Counted from the stretch's first letter, positions 9,778 through 20,304 are shown. The stretch is DNA of 64,000 bases from a virus (IMGVR_UViG_3300037400_004417), one strand, 5' to 3'. Notes: generated from the letters alone by a model not told the origin. Translations and numbers: made by a program.

Positions 9778-10520
9778 TTTTCTCCTTTAATTAATTCTGT
9801 ATACACTTGAACTAGAAAATGATTTACGCCGGCAATATCTTTTTCTTTGATCTTGCTTTTCTTAAAAGACGTATCTAGCATCTCTTTATGAATCTCCTGG
9901 AGATGAAGAAATGCTTCATAAGATATTTTTCCATTACGAATATTTCTTAATATAGCGATATCGTTTTTTCTGTAAGTATTAACCTTACCAGTCATAAGAA
10001 TTTCAGAACCTATTCTCATTAGTCTAATATAATGATACATAGCTTTTCTTCTTTTCTCGTCATCAGTAAGTTTTTTGATTCTTCCTAGTTCAGATTTAGC
10101 AAAGCCGCCAAAAGTATAATAAACTTCTTTTGATACAAATAAGTCTATATTATCTCTTAATTGGCGGCCGATATCATCTATATAGATAATATCTTCTTCT
10201 CTAGTTCCTAGCATTTCTAGTATGTTAGGATTACAGTTAGAACATAATTTGACAAATTTCTTTAGTCCGTAAATAACAGTATCTGTCTCTCTATTCTCTA
10301 TCTGTTCAAAAGAAGATAATCCTAATAGTTCTTCAGGAGCATCTAAACAGATGCCCCTGATATCTAAATCTGAGGTAGGAGTAGCTACACCATATGCATA
10401 AGAGCCGCTAATAGTAAGATAAATAAGCCGGCGTTCTTCCATTAGCTTCTTAATAAAATTATATCTATTATCCTGTAACAATTTTTCTAAAGTCATAAAA
10501 TTTGCGTTATGGAAACTCAC
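9774..10520 (-). CDS. nucleotidyltransferase (minimal pol-beta-like NTase fold)
   Basis: GSYAYGVATPTSDLDIRGI matches the GS..G...SD.D nucleotidyltransferase motif; 248 aa. Confidence 0.5.
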   Translation of the reverse strand: MSFHNANFMTLEKLLQDNRYNFIKKLMEERRLIYLTISGSYAYGVATPTSDLDIRGICLDAPEELLGLSSFEQIENRETDTVIYGLKKFVKLCSNCNPNILEMLGTREEDIIYIDDIGRQLRDNIDLFVSKEVYYTFGGFAKSELGRIKKLTDDEKRRKAMYHYIRLMRIGSEILMTGKVNTYRKNDIAILRNIRNGKISYEAFLHLQEIHKEMLDTSFKKSKIKEKDIAGVNHFLVQVYTELIKGEK

Positions 10521-10648
10521 GGTTTTAATCGTGGGTTACTGAATACATTCTACCTTTGAACCTAAAAATAATCGATCCATCGCGTATCTATCTAATTCCA
10601 GCAAATAATTAAGATAATCAGTTATTTCTTCTTTTGTTATATATTCTT

Positions 10649-11371
10649 TCATGAAATTTCCTTTTCAAAAAAATCTTTCAGAATTAAAGAACAGGCTCTT
10701 AACATACCTATATGCTGATAATTAACGGCTACATTTTCTTTCATTAACGACTCTAATATGTTCTCTAAAGCTTGACTGGAAGTAAAACAATGATTCTGAT
10801 ATCCTTTGTTCTCTTCATAGATATCGAACAATTCAGACGCTAATCTATTAATATCTTTGCTATTTTTAATAGTATCCATATTATAGATATCATCTGTTAC
10901 TGGAATTCGGAAATAATGTTTCTTAGTGCGAGCATTATATTTAGCACGTAATTGTTCGCAAATCATGTCGATATGAATATCAGTTTTAATTTTCTTTAAT
11001 TCTACATTATAAAAGATACTCATAGCATTATCGCCATATTCGTTGACCCTTACGACAATAATGATATTACTTGACTCATTATAATCAAGAACATCTCGTT
11101 CAAACAATGTATAAGTTATATTGAGTGTTCCAGATAAATCAATATTCTTAAAGAGCTGATTAAAATTGCATTTTATCTCGAATATTTCGTCTGCGATATT
11201 TTCATTAATAGCAACTACAACATCGCTGCCAGGAAAACTATGATAAGTTTCAGTATAAGTCTTCCTATCATGAAGTTTTACGATAAAATTCTTATCTGTT
11301 TCTAATGGTGAAGGTGTAGTAGAGAAACTCTGTCCCTTATCTATAATGTATTTCTGTTGTTCTTCTGACAT
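10649..11371 (-). CDS. hypothetical protein
   Basis: 240-aa ORF. Confidence 0.4.
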   Translation of the reverse strand: MSEEQQKYIIDKGQSFSTTPSPLETDKNFIVKLHDRKTYTETYHSFPGSDVVVAINENIADEIFEIKCNFNQLFKNIDLSGTLNITYTLFERDVLDYNESSNIIIVVRVNEYGDNAMSIFYNVELKKIKTDIHIDMICEQLRAKYNARTKKHYFRIPVTDDIYNMDTIKNSKDINRLASELFDIYEENKGYQNHCFTSSQALENILESLMKENVAVNYQHIGMLRACSLILKDFFEKEIS

Positions 11372-11486
11372 TTACTTTCTCCTCTTTTCTATATTTATCT
11401 CACTCTAAAACTATATAAAATATGTTATCCTTTATATAAATCCATATACTTCCAAGTTTTTACGTTACTCATTTTTAAATAGTTTT

Positions 11487-12368
11487 TTATGGCTTAATCA
11501 TCATTGTGCTATCCATACCAGTATACTGTGGCAACTTGCCGTCCCACTTATCAATTTTCTTTAACTCAATAATGTTTCCGTTAAGAGAAGAGTTAATCAT
11601 AGCATTGCTATCAGCTTCTGCTTTAGCCTTGATAAGCATAGAATCAGCAACACCCTTTGCTTCAGCTACTTTCTTCTGAGCTTCTACTTCAGCCTTCTCC
11701 TTTTCTATCTTGGCCTGTTCTAAAGCATTCTGAGCATTAACTACATTCTGAATAGCTTCTTTTGTCTGCTCATCAGGCACAACGTCAGATAAATTAAATG
11801 TTTCAACGACAATACCGAATTCTTCAAGGCTATCTCTGAACTGCTGGAAAATCTTATTATTGATTTCCGGGCGCTTATCTCCTACAAGATCCATAAGAGA
11901 ATACTGAGAAGTTACTTCATTAATTGCCTGATACATTTCATTTTTCATATATCCAGCTTCAATTAAATCAGATTCCTGTCCACGAAATTTTTCAAATACC
12001 TTTGGCAAAGCATCTGCATCCATATGGTAAGCGTATGTTACACTAACATTTACCTGCTTACCGTCCTTGGTATTAACATTAATACTCTGATCTTTCTTCT
12101 TGTCTTTGTCGTTATCTCCATCTTCAGAAGACTTTGTGTAATACACAGTTTCTGTTGATACTGGATACTCTGTTACATGTTTCCATGGTGCAACCATATG
12201 AAAACCTTGGCCGAGAGTAGTATCTTCTATACCGCCATCCATATTGTAAACAACACCGGCGTAACCAGGATTAATCTTATAAGCACACATAGCACCGAGA
12301 ATGATTACAGTCGCACAGGTTACACCGACACCGGCAACACCTAACATTTTTATTATAGAATCTTTCAT
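11487..12368 (-). CDS. SPFH/band-7 (stomatin/prohibitin-like) membrane protein
   Basis: N-terminal TM, SPFH core, C-terminal coiled-coil rich in A/E/K. Confidence 0.7.
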   Translation of the reverse strand: MKDSIIKMLGVAGVGVTCATVIILGAMCAYKINPGYAGVVYNMDGGIEDTTLGQGFHMVAPWKHVTEYPVSTETVYYTKSSEDGDNDKDKKKDQSINVNTKDGKQVNVSVTYAYHMDADALPKVFEKFRGQESDLIEAGYMKNEMYQAINEVTSQYSLMDLVGDKRPEINNKIFQQFRDSLEEFGIVVETFNLSDVVPDEQTKEAIQNVVNAQNALEQAKIEKEKAEVEAQKKVAEAKGVADSMLIKAKAEADSNAMINSSLNGNIIELKKIDKWDGKLPQYTGMDSTMMIKP

Positions 12369-12576
12369 TTTTCTATTCTCTCTCCTCTTTAAATAATTTA
12401 TTCCATATGTCTTTTAAACTTATGCCAACTTCCTTGTTATGAGCAATAGCAAGTTTAACAAAAGCTATTAAACATAAAATACATAGTATAAACAGCATTG
12501 GTTTAACCATTTTCGTTTTCTCCTATTAATATAAGATATCGGCGCCGGCGTTTTACTTCCGACGCCTTTTTCTTAT

Positions 12577-12939
12577 TCATTCATGATAAGGTTCAAAATA
12601 TCTCCAGGCTTTTACATGTTCCATCTTTAGCATGCCGTTATTTCCATCTTTGACAAAGTTAGGATAAAAACAAGATGCTACTCTTTGTCCAATATAATAG
12701 CGACTACTTTTTCCTACATAGAAAACGGCTAATTTATATTCTTCAGGATAATCTTCTACAGACTGTATAGTTATCCAATCATTCATTTTTTTATTCATAT
12801 CCCCTTGCAAAAATTTTCTAAGCATTTGTCTCAACAGATATATTGTTTTTCCACATCGTCTTGGAATAATATACTTATACTTATTCCTTCTTACGCCTAA
12901 CTTCTTTAGAAGAAGAATATCTAACTTAATATCAATCAT
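12577..12939 (-). CDS. hypothetical protein
   Basis: 120-aa ORF. Confidence 0.4.
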   Translation of the reverse strand: MIDIKLDILLLKKLGVRRNKYKYIIPRRCGKTIYLLRQMLRKFLQGDMNKKMNDWITIQSVEDYPEEYKLAVFYVGKSSRYYIGQRVASCFYPNFVKDGNNGMLKMEHVKAWRYFEPYHE

Positions 12940-13858
12940 TGTTCTTGTATCTCTTTACTTTAGCCTTATAATTGCCATCTTCTCTTCTATGACAATGAGG
13001 ACATTCGTTAGCTATTATACCGGTATAACCACAGATAGGATCGTAATCTACAGGATGATTTATACTAATATAACCCATATCTGCTTCTACCATATTTTTA
13101 ATAAGCTTTTCAAACGCTGGTAAATTCTGCAATGGATCTCCAGGGAATTCAATATAAGCTATATTACCGGCATCCGTTTCACGATGATAAGGAGCTTCGA
13201 TTTCTATTTTATGTTTAGCGGAACATTCGTAATATGTTGGCACATGACTTCCATTCGTAAAATAATCTCTATCTGTTACTTTCTTTACGATTCCAAAATC
13301 TTTACGTGCAGCACGTAAGGATACTCCACAGAAATTTTCAGAAGGACTAGCAAAAGTACTCCAGTTCAAATGTGTTTCTTCAGTGAATTTTGTAGTCATA
13401 GCTCTTAAATGTTTTACGATTTTTAATCCTAATTTCTGAGCTTCCTCAGATTCTCCGTGATGTTTGCCTATCAAAGCTACTAAGCACTCTGCTAATCCTA
13501 CGAATCCAATACTTAAACTAGCATTTAGTAAAGCTGGTCTAATTTCATCCGTAAGTTTAAGTTTTTCGGAACCTTCATATAGACCTTGAGCAAATACAAA
13601 AGGATAATTATATACTTTTTTCTTAGCGATGATTTCAAAACGCCATTCTAAATATTTTTTACCCAAGTGAATATATTTGTTAAAAAGTTTAAAGAATTCA
13701 TCAATTAATTCCTTAGATTCAACAGTTTCATCTAAATCAATATTTAAATTTTTCTTAGCTTGTAAGGCTAAATACGGTAAATTAATAGTAGTAAACGCGA
13801 AATTGCCTCTAGATGCGGCATGTTCTGGCCCGTTTACGTTACTCATAACTCTTGTTCT
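12932..13858 (-). CDS. nrdD: anaerobic ribonucleoside-triphosphate reductase NrdD, exon 4 (C-terminal; glycyl-radical and Zn-ribbon)
   Basis: glycyl radical motif ICGYTG, C-terminal CPHCH Zn site; in-frame extension CRTRV upstream of the first Met; intron ends in G at 13859. Confidence 0.8.
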   Translation of the reverse strand, partial: RTRVMSNVNGPEHAASRGNFAFTTINLPYLALQAKKNLNIDLDETVESKELIDEFFKLFNKYIHLGKKYLEWRFEIIAKKKVYNYPFVFAQGLYEGSEKLKLTDEIRPALLNASLSIGFVGLAECLVALIGKHHGESEEAQKLGLKIVKHLRAMTTKFTEETHLNWSTFASPSENFCGVSLRAARKDFGIVKKVTDRDYFTNGSHVPTYYECSAKHKIEIEAPYHRETDAGNIAYIEFPGDPLQNLPAFEKLIKNMVEADMGYISINHPVDYDPICGYTGIIANECPHCHRREDGNYKAKVKRYKNND

Positions 13859-14092
13859 GCACTTTTATTAATAACTTGAATTTCTTCAAGGATCGGACTA
13901 TATCTTTATGCTATTAATAGCATATCTTCCATTTGGATATATAAATCTACGAGCGTAATAGCTCTAGTCTCTGAACCGAGTATTCTTTAAGAATACGATG
14001 GCTGCTGATTGTCGGCGTCGTCAAATTCTTTTATTGACAACACTACGATTTCCAGCAATTAGGAAGATTTTACATGAGCTGTAGAAAAGTTA
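13859..14092 (-). ncRNA. group I intron, nrdD intron 3 (family A, ORF-less)
   Basis: S-like cggactatatcttt (13905) and gctgctgattgtc (13998) on plus strand; exon 3 ends GGT (U), intron ends G; joins ...FAAAMG to CRTRV. Confidence 0.6.
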
Positions 14093-14378
14093 ACCCATGG
14101 CTGCTGCAAAGGTACGATAATCTCCTTCTTTATAGTAAGGAGCATTAAATGATGAAGACGTATTAAGAAAATTAGGGAATAAACGCTTCGCACTTACTTT
14201 GCAAGCATACTGGAATAAATCATAATTAGGATCTCCTTTTTCAAGATTTATTCCTTTATGGATTTGGAATACAGATATTGGGAAAATTGCAGGCTCTCCT
14301 TTTCCCAATCCATTCCATACTGCTTCTAATAAATACTTAGATACTAATCTACCTTCCGGAGAAGTATCCATTCCGAAA
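14093..14378 (-). CDS. nrdD: NrdD exon 3
   Basis: continues the NrdD reading frame; stop at 14090 lies just inside the intron. Confidence 0.6.
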
Positions 14379-15850
14379 TTAATAGAGCTAAATGGTCAGT
14401 AAGTTATTATCTCATGGTTTTTTATCCATGACTCTGGAAGTTTCCTTCATTTGAAGTTATCTCATTAACTAGTCAATTCTAGTTCAGCTTGGCGTACATT
14501 TTCATCCTATTATTAAATAGGAGTAAGACACTCTTGGTTATATTTTATTCTATAAAATAGTTTCAATAACTACGCTCTACGATGATATTGTTTTTTACGC
14601 AATATTTATCTCGGTATTGACATATCTGCTATTATATTCTTGTATAGCGGCCATAGCCTTTTCGTATTTTCTAAATAAATAAGTTGTAGAATCTGTATAT
14701 AAATAATTTATTAATGCAATAACATCTTTCTTAGATGACCATTTAACGGAGAATATTCCTTTTTCATAACTTGGTTTATTAAATGCGATGTTTAATTTGT
14801 TTGATAAATAATTTCTAATATCGTATATAATATTATCATGTCCACAAAATACAATGTGCCATGAAGGATTACGGTTAGTTAAAATTCGTCTATAAATACT
14901 TCCATCTCCATCGAAATATCCTCTTATAAAATGTTTATACATTTCTTCTTTTAATGTAGGAAAAAAACGATTAGGTTTATAATTAACCATTCCATGTCTT
15001 TCTAAATGTTCTACAAATTCATTATTTGTTACACTAATAGAAGATTCATTTTTTCTTTTGTCTATGACAATTTTTCTAGGTGCTTTTATTAAATCCTTTA
15101 TTTTCTTTATCATATAACTATCAGATTCTTGCAATTCAATTGTGAAAAGTTTACTATTATTTTTATATTTATTTATGAAAATACATCCATCGGCAATAAA
15201 TAACCCTAATAAATAAGCTTTTTCTTCACTATCTATTTTTTCAAAAAAGTTAGTTATTAAACTTCCTCTATTTAAATCTTGTCGATTATAAATGGAAATA
15301 TTATTTCTTTCTAAAACTTTTTTTGCCGTTAATTCACATATATGAAATTGTTTTGATAAGGCCTTTATTGACATAGGTTTTGTTAAATAAAAATTTATTA
15401 TCTTATTGTCGTCCAATATTTTTTTATTCATAATTATTTCACCTCCTTTTATCTAAAATAGCAGATTTAGTTTTTACCGACATTGTCTTATTTAAAAAAT
15501 ACATTACTGTATTCTCAGGCTACCATGTTAACCTGCGAACCGGCTCTACTATGACCTAACTACCCTCGGTTTCCCGATATTTATTAGGGGAGTAGACTAT
15601 CTTTTCATTTCTTGTGAAATGTCTCATCTTTTGAATAATAATATTATTCTACTTCCATATTGGAATAGTCGTTACACTTTGCTTTATTATCAAAAAACAA
15701 AGCACGGTATTTGCAGCTATCCTTTTTTATTAAAAGGACCTTAGCGTCTCTTACGGAGCTGATTCGAGCACAATGCCTTATTTAACTCCTACCGTTAGCC
15801 TTAATTATTTATTAAGACACCCTATATTTATAGGTTAATGAGATTTTCCG
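14379..15850 (-). mobile_element. group I intron, nrdD intron 2 (family D), carrying a LAGLIDADG HEG
   Basis: core 15690-15840 is near-identical to the core of the UvrD-helicase intron at 26790-26940; boundaries approximate. Confidence 0.55.
14595..15431 (-). CDS. double-motif LAGLIDADG homing endonuclease with N-terminal HTH
   Basis: YLLGLFIADGCIF and IRGYFDGDGSIY motifs; 278 aa. Confidence 0.8.
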   Translation of the reverse strand: MNKKILDDNKIINFYLTKPMSIKALSKQFHICELTAKKVLERNNISIYNRQDLNRGSLITNFFEKIDSEEKAYLLGLFIADGCIFINKYKNNSKLFTIELQESDSYMIKKIKDLIKAPRKIVIDKRKNESSISVTNNEFVEHLERHGMVNYKPNRFFPTLKEEMYKHFIRGYFDGDGSIYRRILTNRNPSWHIVFCGHDNIIYDIRNYLSNKLNIAFNKPSYEKGIFSVKWSSKKDVIALINYLYTDSTTYLFRKYEKAMAAIQEYNSRYVNTEINIA

Positions 15851-16440
15851 TCTTTATGCGGCCCCTACACAGTAAGGGAATTAAAATTGAAAACTAGTGC
15901 TTCCATTGCCTGTTTCGTTTCTTCTTCTACGTTTTGACAGGCAATATTATAAATAATTTCTCCATAACTTCGTTTATCAAAGTTATTCCTTGGAATTGTA
16001 AAATATGGTCCGATTCCGATAAGTCCTAAAATTTCGACCATATTTTTCCTGTCTTCCTCTTTATCTTTATATTTTATACGAGATAATATTTCTTCACCAT
16101 CTTCTTTATCTATATATAAACGACAGGAATGTTCTCCATTTGTTATTTTACATAAATTGATAAGCGCTTTTTTTAAATATTTCTGAAAACTTATATGAAC
16201 ATATTTTCCTAAAGCGAAATCAAATCCTACTAAACTTTGACCACCGAAGCAATCATTCTGTGCACTTTGTATTAAAATACATGCTAGAGATGCTGCTGCT
16301 CTGATAGACTTAGGAGGGCGTATAAAACCATGTCCAGTATTAAATCCATGTTTTAATGCCTTGCCTAAGTCAGAGTACAGGCAGTTAATCGTGATAAGAG
16401 AAAAATCCGCATCCGACCAATCGTCTTTTAGCAGACGATT
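15851..16440 (-). CDS. nrdD: NrdD exon 2 (no ATG, so absent from the ORF track)
   Basis: minus-strand translation reads ...DDWSDADFSLITINCLY...CFGGQSLVGFDFALGKY..., a NrdD core motif. Confidence 0.7.
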
Positions 16441-16694
16441 GGTCTGACTATATCATCATCTGTATGTTTGCTATTAAAATACAGATGCTAGGCACTTCAT
16501 ATATAGAATACTACTTGGTTATCACCAATAGTCGATTGACGGTCTATATTGTAAATAATAGTTTCGCACAGGATAACGTCGTAATAACGCTTCCCCTGTT
16601 AGCCTATCTTCTAATCATCATTTTCTATGATTCCTAAACGTAAGACAGACACCCCAGATTTCTGGGTTCACCTAGTTTTTCCATCGTAACTCAC
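16441..16694 (-). ncRNA. group I intron, nrdD intron 1 (family C, ORF-less)
   Basis: S ctgactatatca (16442) and R tagtcgattgac (16535) on plus strand; almost identical to the 5-prime gyrA intron. Confidence 0.55.
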
Positions 16695-17233
16695 GCTACG
16701 AGGCCACAATGCAACTTATGGATATGCTGGATATGTTTCTTATGCATTTCGCGGAATTCTTCAGGAAGAACATAATTATTAAGATACATCTTCGCATTTT
16801 CTGTTCCAAGCTTTAGCATGATTCCCATCGGAGCATCAGTGTTAATATTGGCATTGTCTCTTTTGAGGTCCATCTCCTCTGAATCAGCGAATAATAAATC
16901 ATGATTAAGCTTCATAAGATTTTCGGCAGCGTCTCTCTGCATCCTATGTCTTTCACGATATAAGATATACTTTTTAGCTGTTACGGGGAACATCTTACTT
17001 AGAGTACGTTCTACGATATCCTGGATTTCTTCTACGTTAATAGAATACTGCACTTCTTCATCGATGCTTAAAATTTCTTCTGAAATCTTACTGCTTATGT
17101 ATTCTATATCTTTCTCGTTCATTTCAGGAGACTCATCATATTCCAGATCATTATTAGCTTTAGTAATAGCTATCTTAATTCTTTCTGGATCGAAGTTTAT
17201 AATGTCTCCATTACGTTTTTCAACAGCAATCAA
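16695..17233 (-). CDS. nrdD: NrdD exon 1 (ATP-cone N-terminus)
   Basis: MIAVEKRNGDIINFDPERIKIAI is ATP-cone-like. Confidence 0.7.
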
Positions 17234-17240
17234 TTTAACT

Positions 17241-17519
17241 TCATCCTTTCTTATGATGTTTATCGAATTTTAAATAAATATCGGCAGTTTTTGGATAATC
17301 ATATTCTTTTAACTTTTGAGCGACGATTGTTTTTAAAGTTTTAGTTGTGACTTTATGTACATCCTTTATATAAATATCTATAGCTAATAATATTTCATTC
17401 ATGCCGTTGGTTGATATTTCTTTTGTAGTCTTATTTGCTTTTAACACAGAATGATAAATCTTAGGAGGTTCATAAGGAACTTCCATCCCTGAATTTTTTA
17501 TGATAATTCTTGGAGCCAT
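17241..17519 (-). CDS. hypothetical protein
   Basis: 92-aa ORF. Confidence 0.4.
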   Translation of the reverse strand: MAPRIIIKNSGMEVPYEPPKIYHSVLKANKTTKEISTNGMNEILLAIDIYIKDVHKVTTKTLKTIVAQKLKEYDYPKTADIYLKFDKHHKKG

Positions 17520-18229
17520 TTTAACATCACTACTTTCTCTAAAAAACTAAATCCATTATTCATGAAGATATAATCTAAAATATGTTTAGACCAAGATTCA
17601 AAATAACCATACTTAGCGATTAAATTGTTATAATCCATCCAAGAACCAGTTAGATTATCTTTTTCTTTAACGAATACTTCATTAGCTAACACGATAAATA
17701 CTATACCAGTATGATCATTAGTAGAACTACTTAAATCTCTTACATAACCGAATACATTTAATTTATTATTTACGAAATTTATATTTAATTCTTCATTCAT
17801 TTCACGTTTAGCGCAATTTAAGATAACATTTCCATAATCAGATGGATTAATATGACCACCGCAACCTAAAGAAAAACTACCTTGTAATCTTTCTTCACCA
17901 CTAATTCTCTGAGTAACGTAAAGATGTTTTAACTCTTTATCCGCTATCAAGATATAAGGAATAAGCTGTTGAAAAGCCGAGTTATATTCAGCATCATATC
18001 TCATGATAAATTTACCTAGAGTAGTCCAATCATCGATATTTCTATTAACTTTTTTAGCAGGAGTAAATTTATCTGGAATTATTGTAGTTTCATTGTATGG
18101 AACTACGAATACTTGTTCAGTTGGATACTTAAGTTTTAAGTTTCTTTTAACATCTAAAGTATTCACGATATAAAAAATCACCTCAAAGTTAAGATAAAAA
18201 TAGCAGCTATTTTCCTTGAATCTTTTCAA
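17498..18229 (-). CDS. possible Nudix-family hydrolase
   Basis: GGHINPSDYGNVILNCAKREMNEELNI loosely matches the Nudix box GX5EX7REUXEEXGU. Confidence 0.3.
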   Translation of the reverse strand: MKRFKENSCYFYLNFEVIFYIVNTLDVKRNLKLKYPTEQVFVVPYNETTIIPDKFTPAKKVNRNIDDWTTLGKFIMRYDAEYNSAFQQLIPYILIADKELKHLYVTQRISGEERLQGSFSLGCGGHINPSDYGNVILNCAKREMNEELNINFVNNKLNVFGYVRDLSSSTNDHTGIVFIVLANEVFVKEKDNLTGSWMDYNNLIAKYGYFESWSKHILDYIFMNNGFSFLEKVVMLKWLQELS

Positions 18230-18273
18230 ATTTATAAGAAAATAGCTGCATATCTTTTACTTACGAAAAGAAA

Positions 18274-18549
18274 TTACTTCGCAACAGAATCTTTAAAATA
18301 CTTGCCTGCCTTAAATGCAGGAACCTTTGTCGCTGGAATTTCTACACGTTCCTTCTTCTGAATATTGTAACCAGTACGAGCTGCACGGTTACGTACTTCA
18401 AAAGTACCGAAGCCTGTAATCTGTACGTTATCGCCATTAGCGAGAGCATTGATAATTTCATCAAAAACAATGGTTACATAGTTCTGTGCCTTCGTCTTAG
18501 GAATTTCTGCTTTCTTTGCTACTGCTGCTACTAAATCTGCCTTTGTCAT
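18274..18549 (-). CDS. hup: HU/IHF-family DNA-binding protein
   Basis: 91 aa; GFGTFEVRNRAARTGYN and VPAFKAGK are classic HU arm motifs. Confidence 0.85.
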   Translation of the reverse strand: MTKADLVAAVAKKAEIPKTKAQNYVTIVFDEIINALANGDNVQITGFGTFEVRNRAARTGYNIQKKERVEIPATKVPAFKAGKYFKDSVAK

Positions 18550-18573
18550 GTTTTGTTTTCTCCTTTTTAAGTG

Positions 18574-18915
18574 TTAAATTTTTCTTTTAATGTAATTATT
18601 TTTCTCTAAGCTTATGCAACTTAGATGGCACCAACGACATTCCATACCAGATGAGTTCTTTATGCCATATATTTGCTTTACTTTTTCACAAGCAGCATAA
18701 TGATTTGTTTTAGGAATAAAGATATCTGACTTATCTTCTGGAGGATTATAGTATGCGTTAATGCATTTTATTATTTTTTTATTGCTAAGAAACATAGTCC
18801 TATTATTTAACTGCCTAACCGTTATATTAGGGTGTGTCCTTTCTAATACCTGTTTAAACTCTTCAGGTTCCATGTTTCCAATAAACCTTTTAAAATAAAA
18901 GTCAAAGAATTTCAT
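18574..18915 (-). CDS. hypothetical protein
   Basis: 113-aa ORF. Confidence 0.4.
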   Translation of the reverse strand: MKFFDFYFKRFIGNMEPEEFKQVLERTHPNITVRQLNNRTMFLSNKKIIKCINAYYNPPEDKSDIFIPKTNHYAACEKVKQIYGIKNSSGMECRWCHLSCISLEKNNYIKRKI

Positions 18916-18941
18916 TTTTTTACCACATAAATATTGTCGTA

Positions 18942-19319
18942 TTATTCAGAATAACACGAGGAACAATATGATTTATTATCAGAGAGTTCAAATGTTTCAC
19001 ATGCTTCACAAATAGTCTTTCCACATTTCGCACAAGTCGTTAATTCAACGTTATTAGTTGAACAATTAGGACAAGTACCTTTATTTTTAGCCGTCAAAGT
19101 TTTAATTTTGTCAGAGATTTCATTGATTTTGTTTAATCCTCGATGGCTACTTTGTAGAAATGTATTATTTGTCGTAGAAGCGTGATTCTCTGAATCATTT
19201 GTCTTATTTATATTAAAATAAGGACATTTCTTCACTTCTACTTCGATATTCTTCTGAATAAATAAGTTATTAACTATACAAATCTGTTGATTATTACAAA
19301 TTTCACATGAAATATTCAT
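18942..19319 (-). CDS. zinc-ribbon protein
   Basis: multiple CxxC pairs (CEICNN, CPNCS, CAKCGKTICEAC, CSSC). Confidence 0.4.
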   Translation of the reverse strand: MNISCEICNNQQICIVNNLFIQKNIEVEVKKCPYFNINKTNDSENHASTTNNTFLQSSHRGLNKINEISDKIKTLTAKNKGTCPNCSTNNVELTTCAKCGKTICEACETFELSDNKSYCSSCYSE

Positions 19320-19342
19320 AAAAAATGAGAAACCTTTCTGCT

Positions 19343-19933
19343 TTAGCTAATAGAAAACTTATCTTCTAAAGTTACTTTTTCTATGCCGGGAACAACTTGA
19401 CCATCCAACATAAGCTTGCCGTCCTTAAACTTTCCTGCGGCCTTTAATTTTACTTTGTCAATCTTAGGAGGAGGGGTAGTTAAGAACTGAGAATAATGTG
19501 GATTGCTCTGCAAATACTTTCTCAGAATATCTTCTTCGTAATTAGTTTCTTCACTTTTACGGAAACTCATTTTGCCTTCTGGCAAAGTTAGAGTTTTAGT
19601 TTTAGCATTAATTAACTGTTCTTTAGCATAAGCTTTTAGCCTGGAAGCCAACCATTCCATAGTCCATGAACGCTTCCTTGCTTCTTCTTCTTTCCAGGCT
19701 TCAACTTTTGCTTTATGTTTTTCTATAATAGATTTAGCCGTTTCATTTACTTCATTTAATTCGGCTTGTAATTTATTATACTGCTTAATTAAATAATTAG
19801 CCTGTTCTCTATCCTTGATCGTAAAATTATCTTCGGTAGAGATATTTAACTCTTCAATTTCCTGTTCATCGATAAAATCTAAGAGTTCTTCGGTTAAAGA
19901 CTTTGTTTCTTGAATTTCATTGGTATCTTCCAT
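19343..19933 (-). CDS. Gam-like host-nuclease inhibitor / DNA-end-binding protein
   Basis: N-terminal coiled coil; AWKEE..SWTMEWL and C-terminal GIEKVTLEDKFSIS resemble Mu Gam (GW..ANRDELTNGGK..., GIEDFSIIP). Confidence 0.45.
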   Translation of the reverse strand: MEDTNEIQETKSLTEELLDFIDEQEIEELNISTEDNFTIKDREQANYLIKQYNKLQAELNEVNETAKSIIEKHKAKVEAWKEEEARKRSWTMEWLASRLKAYAKEQLINAKTKTLTLPEGKMSFRKSEETNYEEDILRKYLQSNPHYSQFLTTPPPKIDKVKLKAAGKFKDGKLMLDGQVVPGIEKVTLEDKFSIS

Positions 19934-20036
19934 AAAAAATCAGTCATCCTTTCTTTAACGATTTATATTATATATTCTTTAACGAGTTATGTCAAGTACT
20001 TTAACAAAAAATATCAAAAAAATATTCTAGTTAAAG

Positions 20037-20285
20037 TTAATCTGAAGTTAGGATATTAATTAAGTTTTCCATTTCAGCATCAGTCAAGGTAATTCCTTTA
20101 CTCATTTTAGTATGATCTTCTGACCACTCTCGGATATCATATTTAGGAGAAGCACCATTCCAAGATATTCGATTTAGTTCTTTACTCCAACCTTTTTCAG
20201 ACGTAGATATAACACCACATTTTTCTACGATATTAAATTTGATTTCTTTTGTAGCCATTATAAAAACACCTCGTCTAATTTGCAA
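20037..20285 (-). CDS. PC4/YdbC-like ssDNA-binding protein
   Basis: EKGWSKELNRISWNGASPKYDIREWSEDHTKMSKGITL matches the bacterial PC4-like (YdbC) signature. Confidence 0.55.
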   Translation of the reverse strand: MQIRRGVFIMATKEIKFNIVEKCGVISTSEKGWSKELNRISWNGASPKYDIREWSEDHTKMSKGITLTDAEMENLINILTSD

Positions 20286-20304
20286 GATTAATAGAAGAAG
20301 ACCG

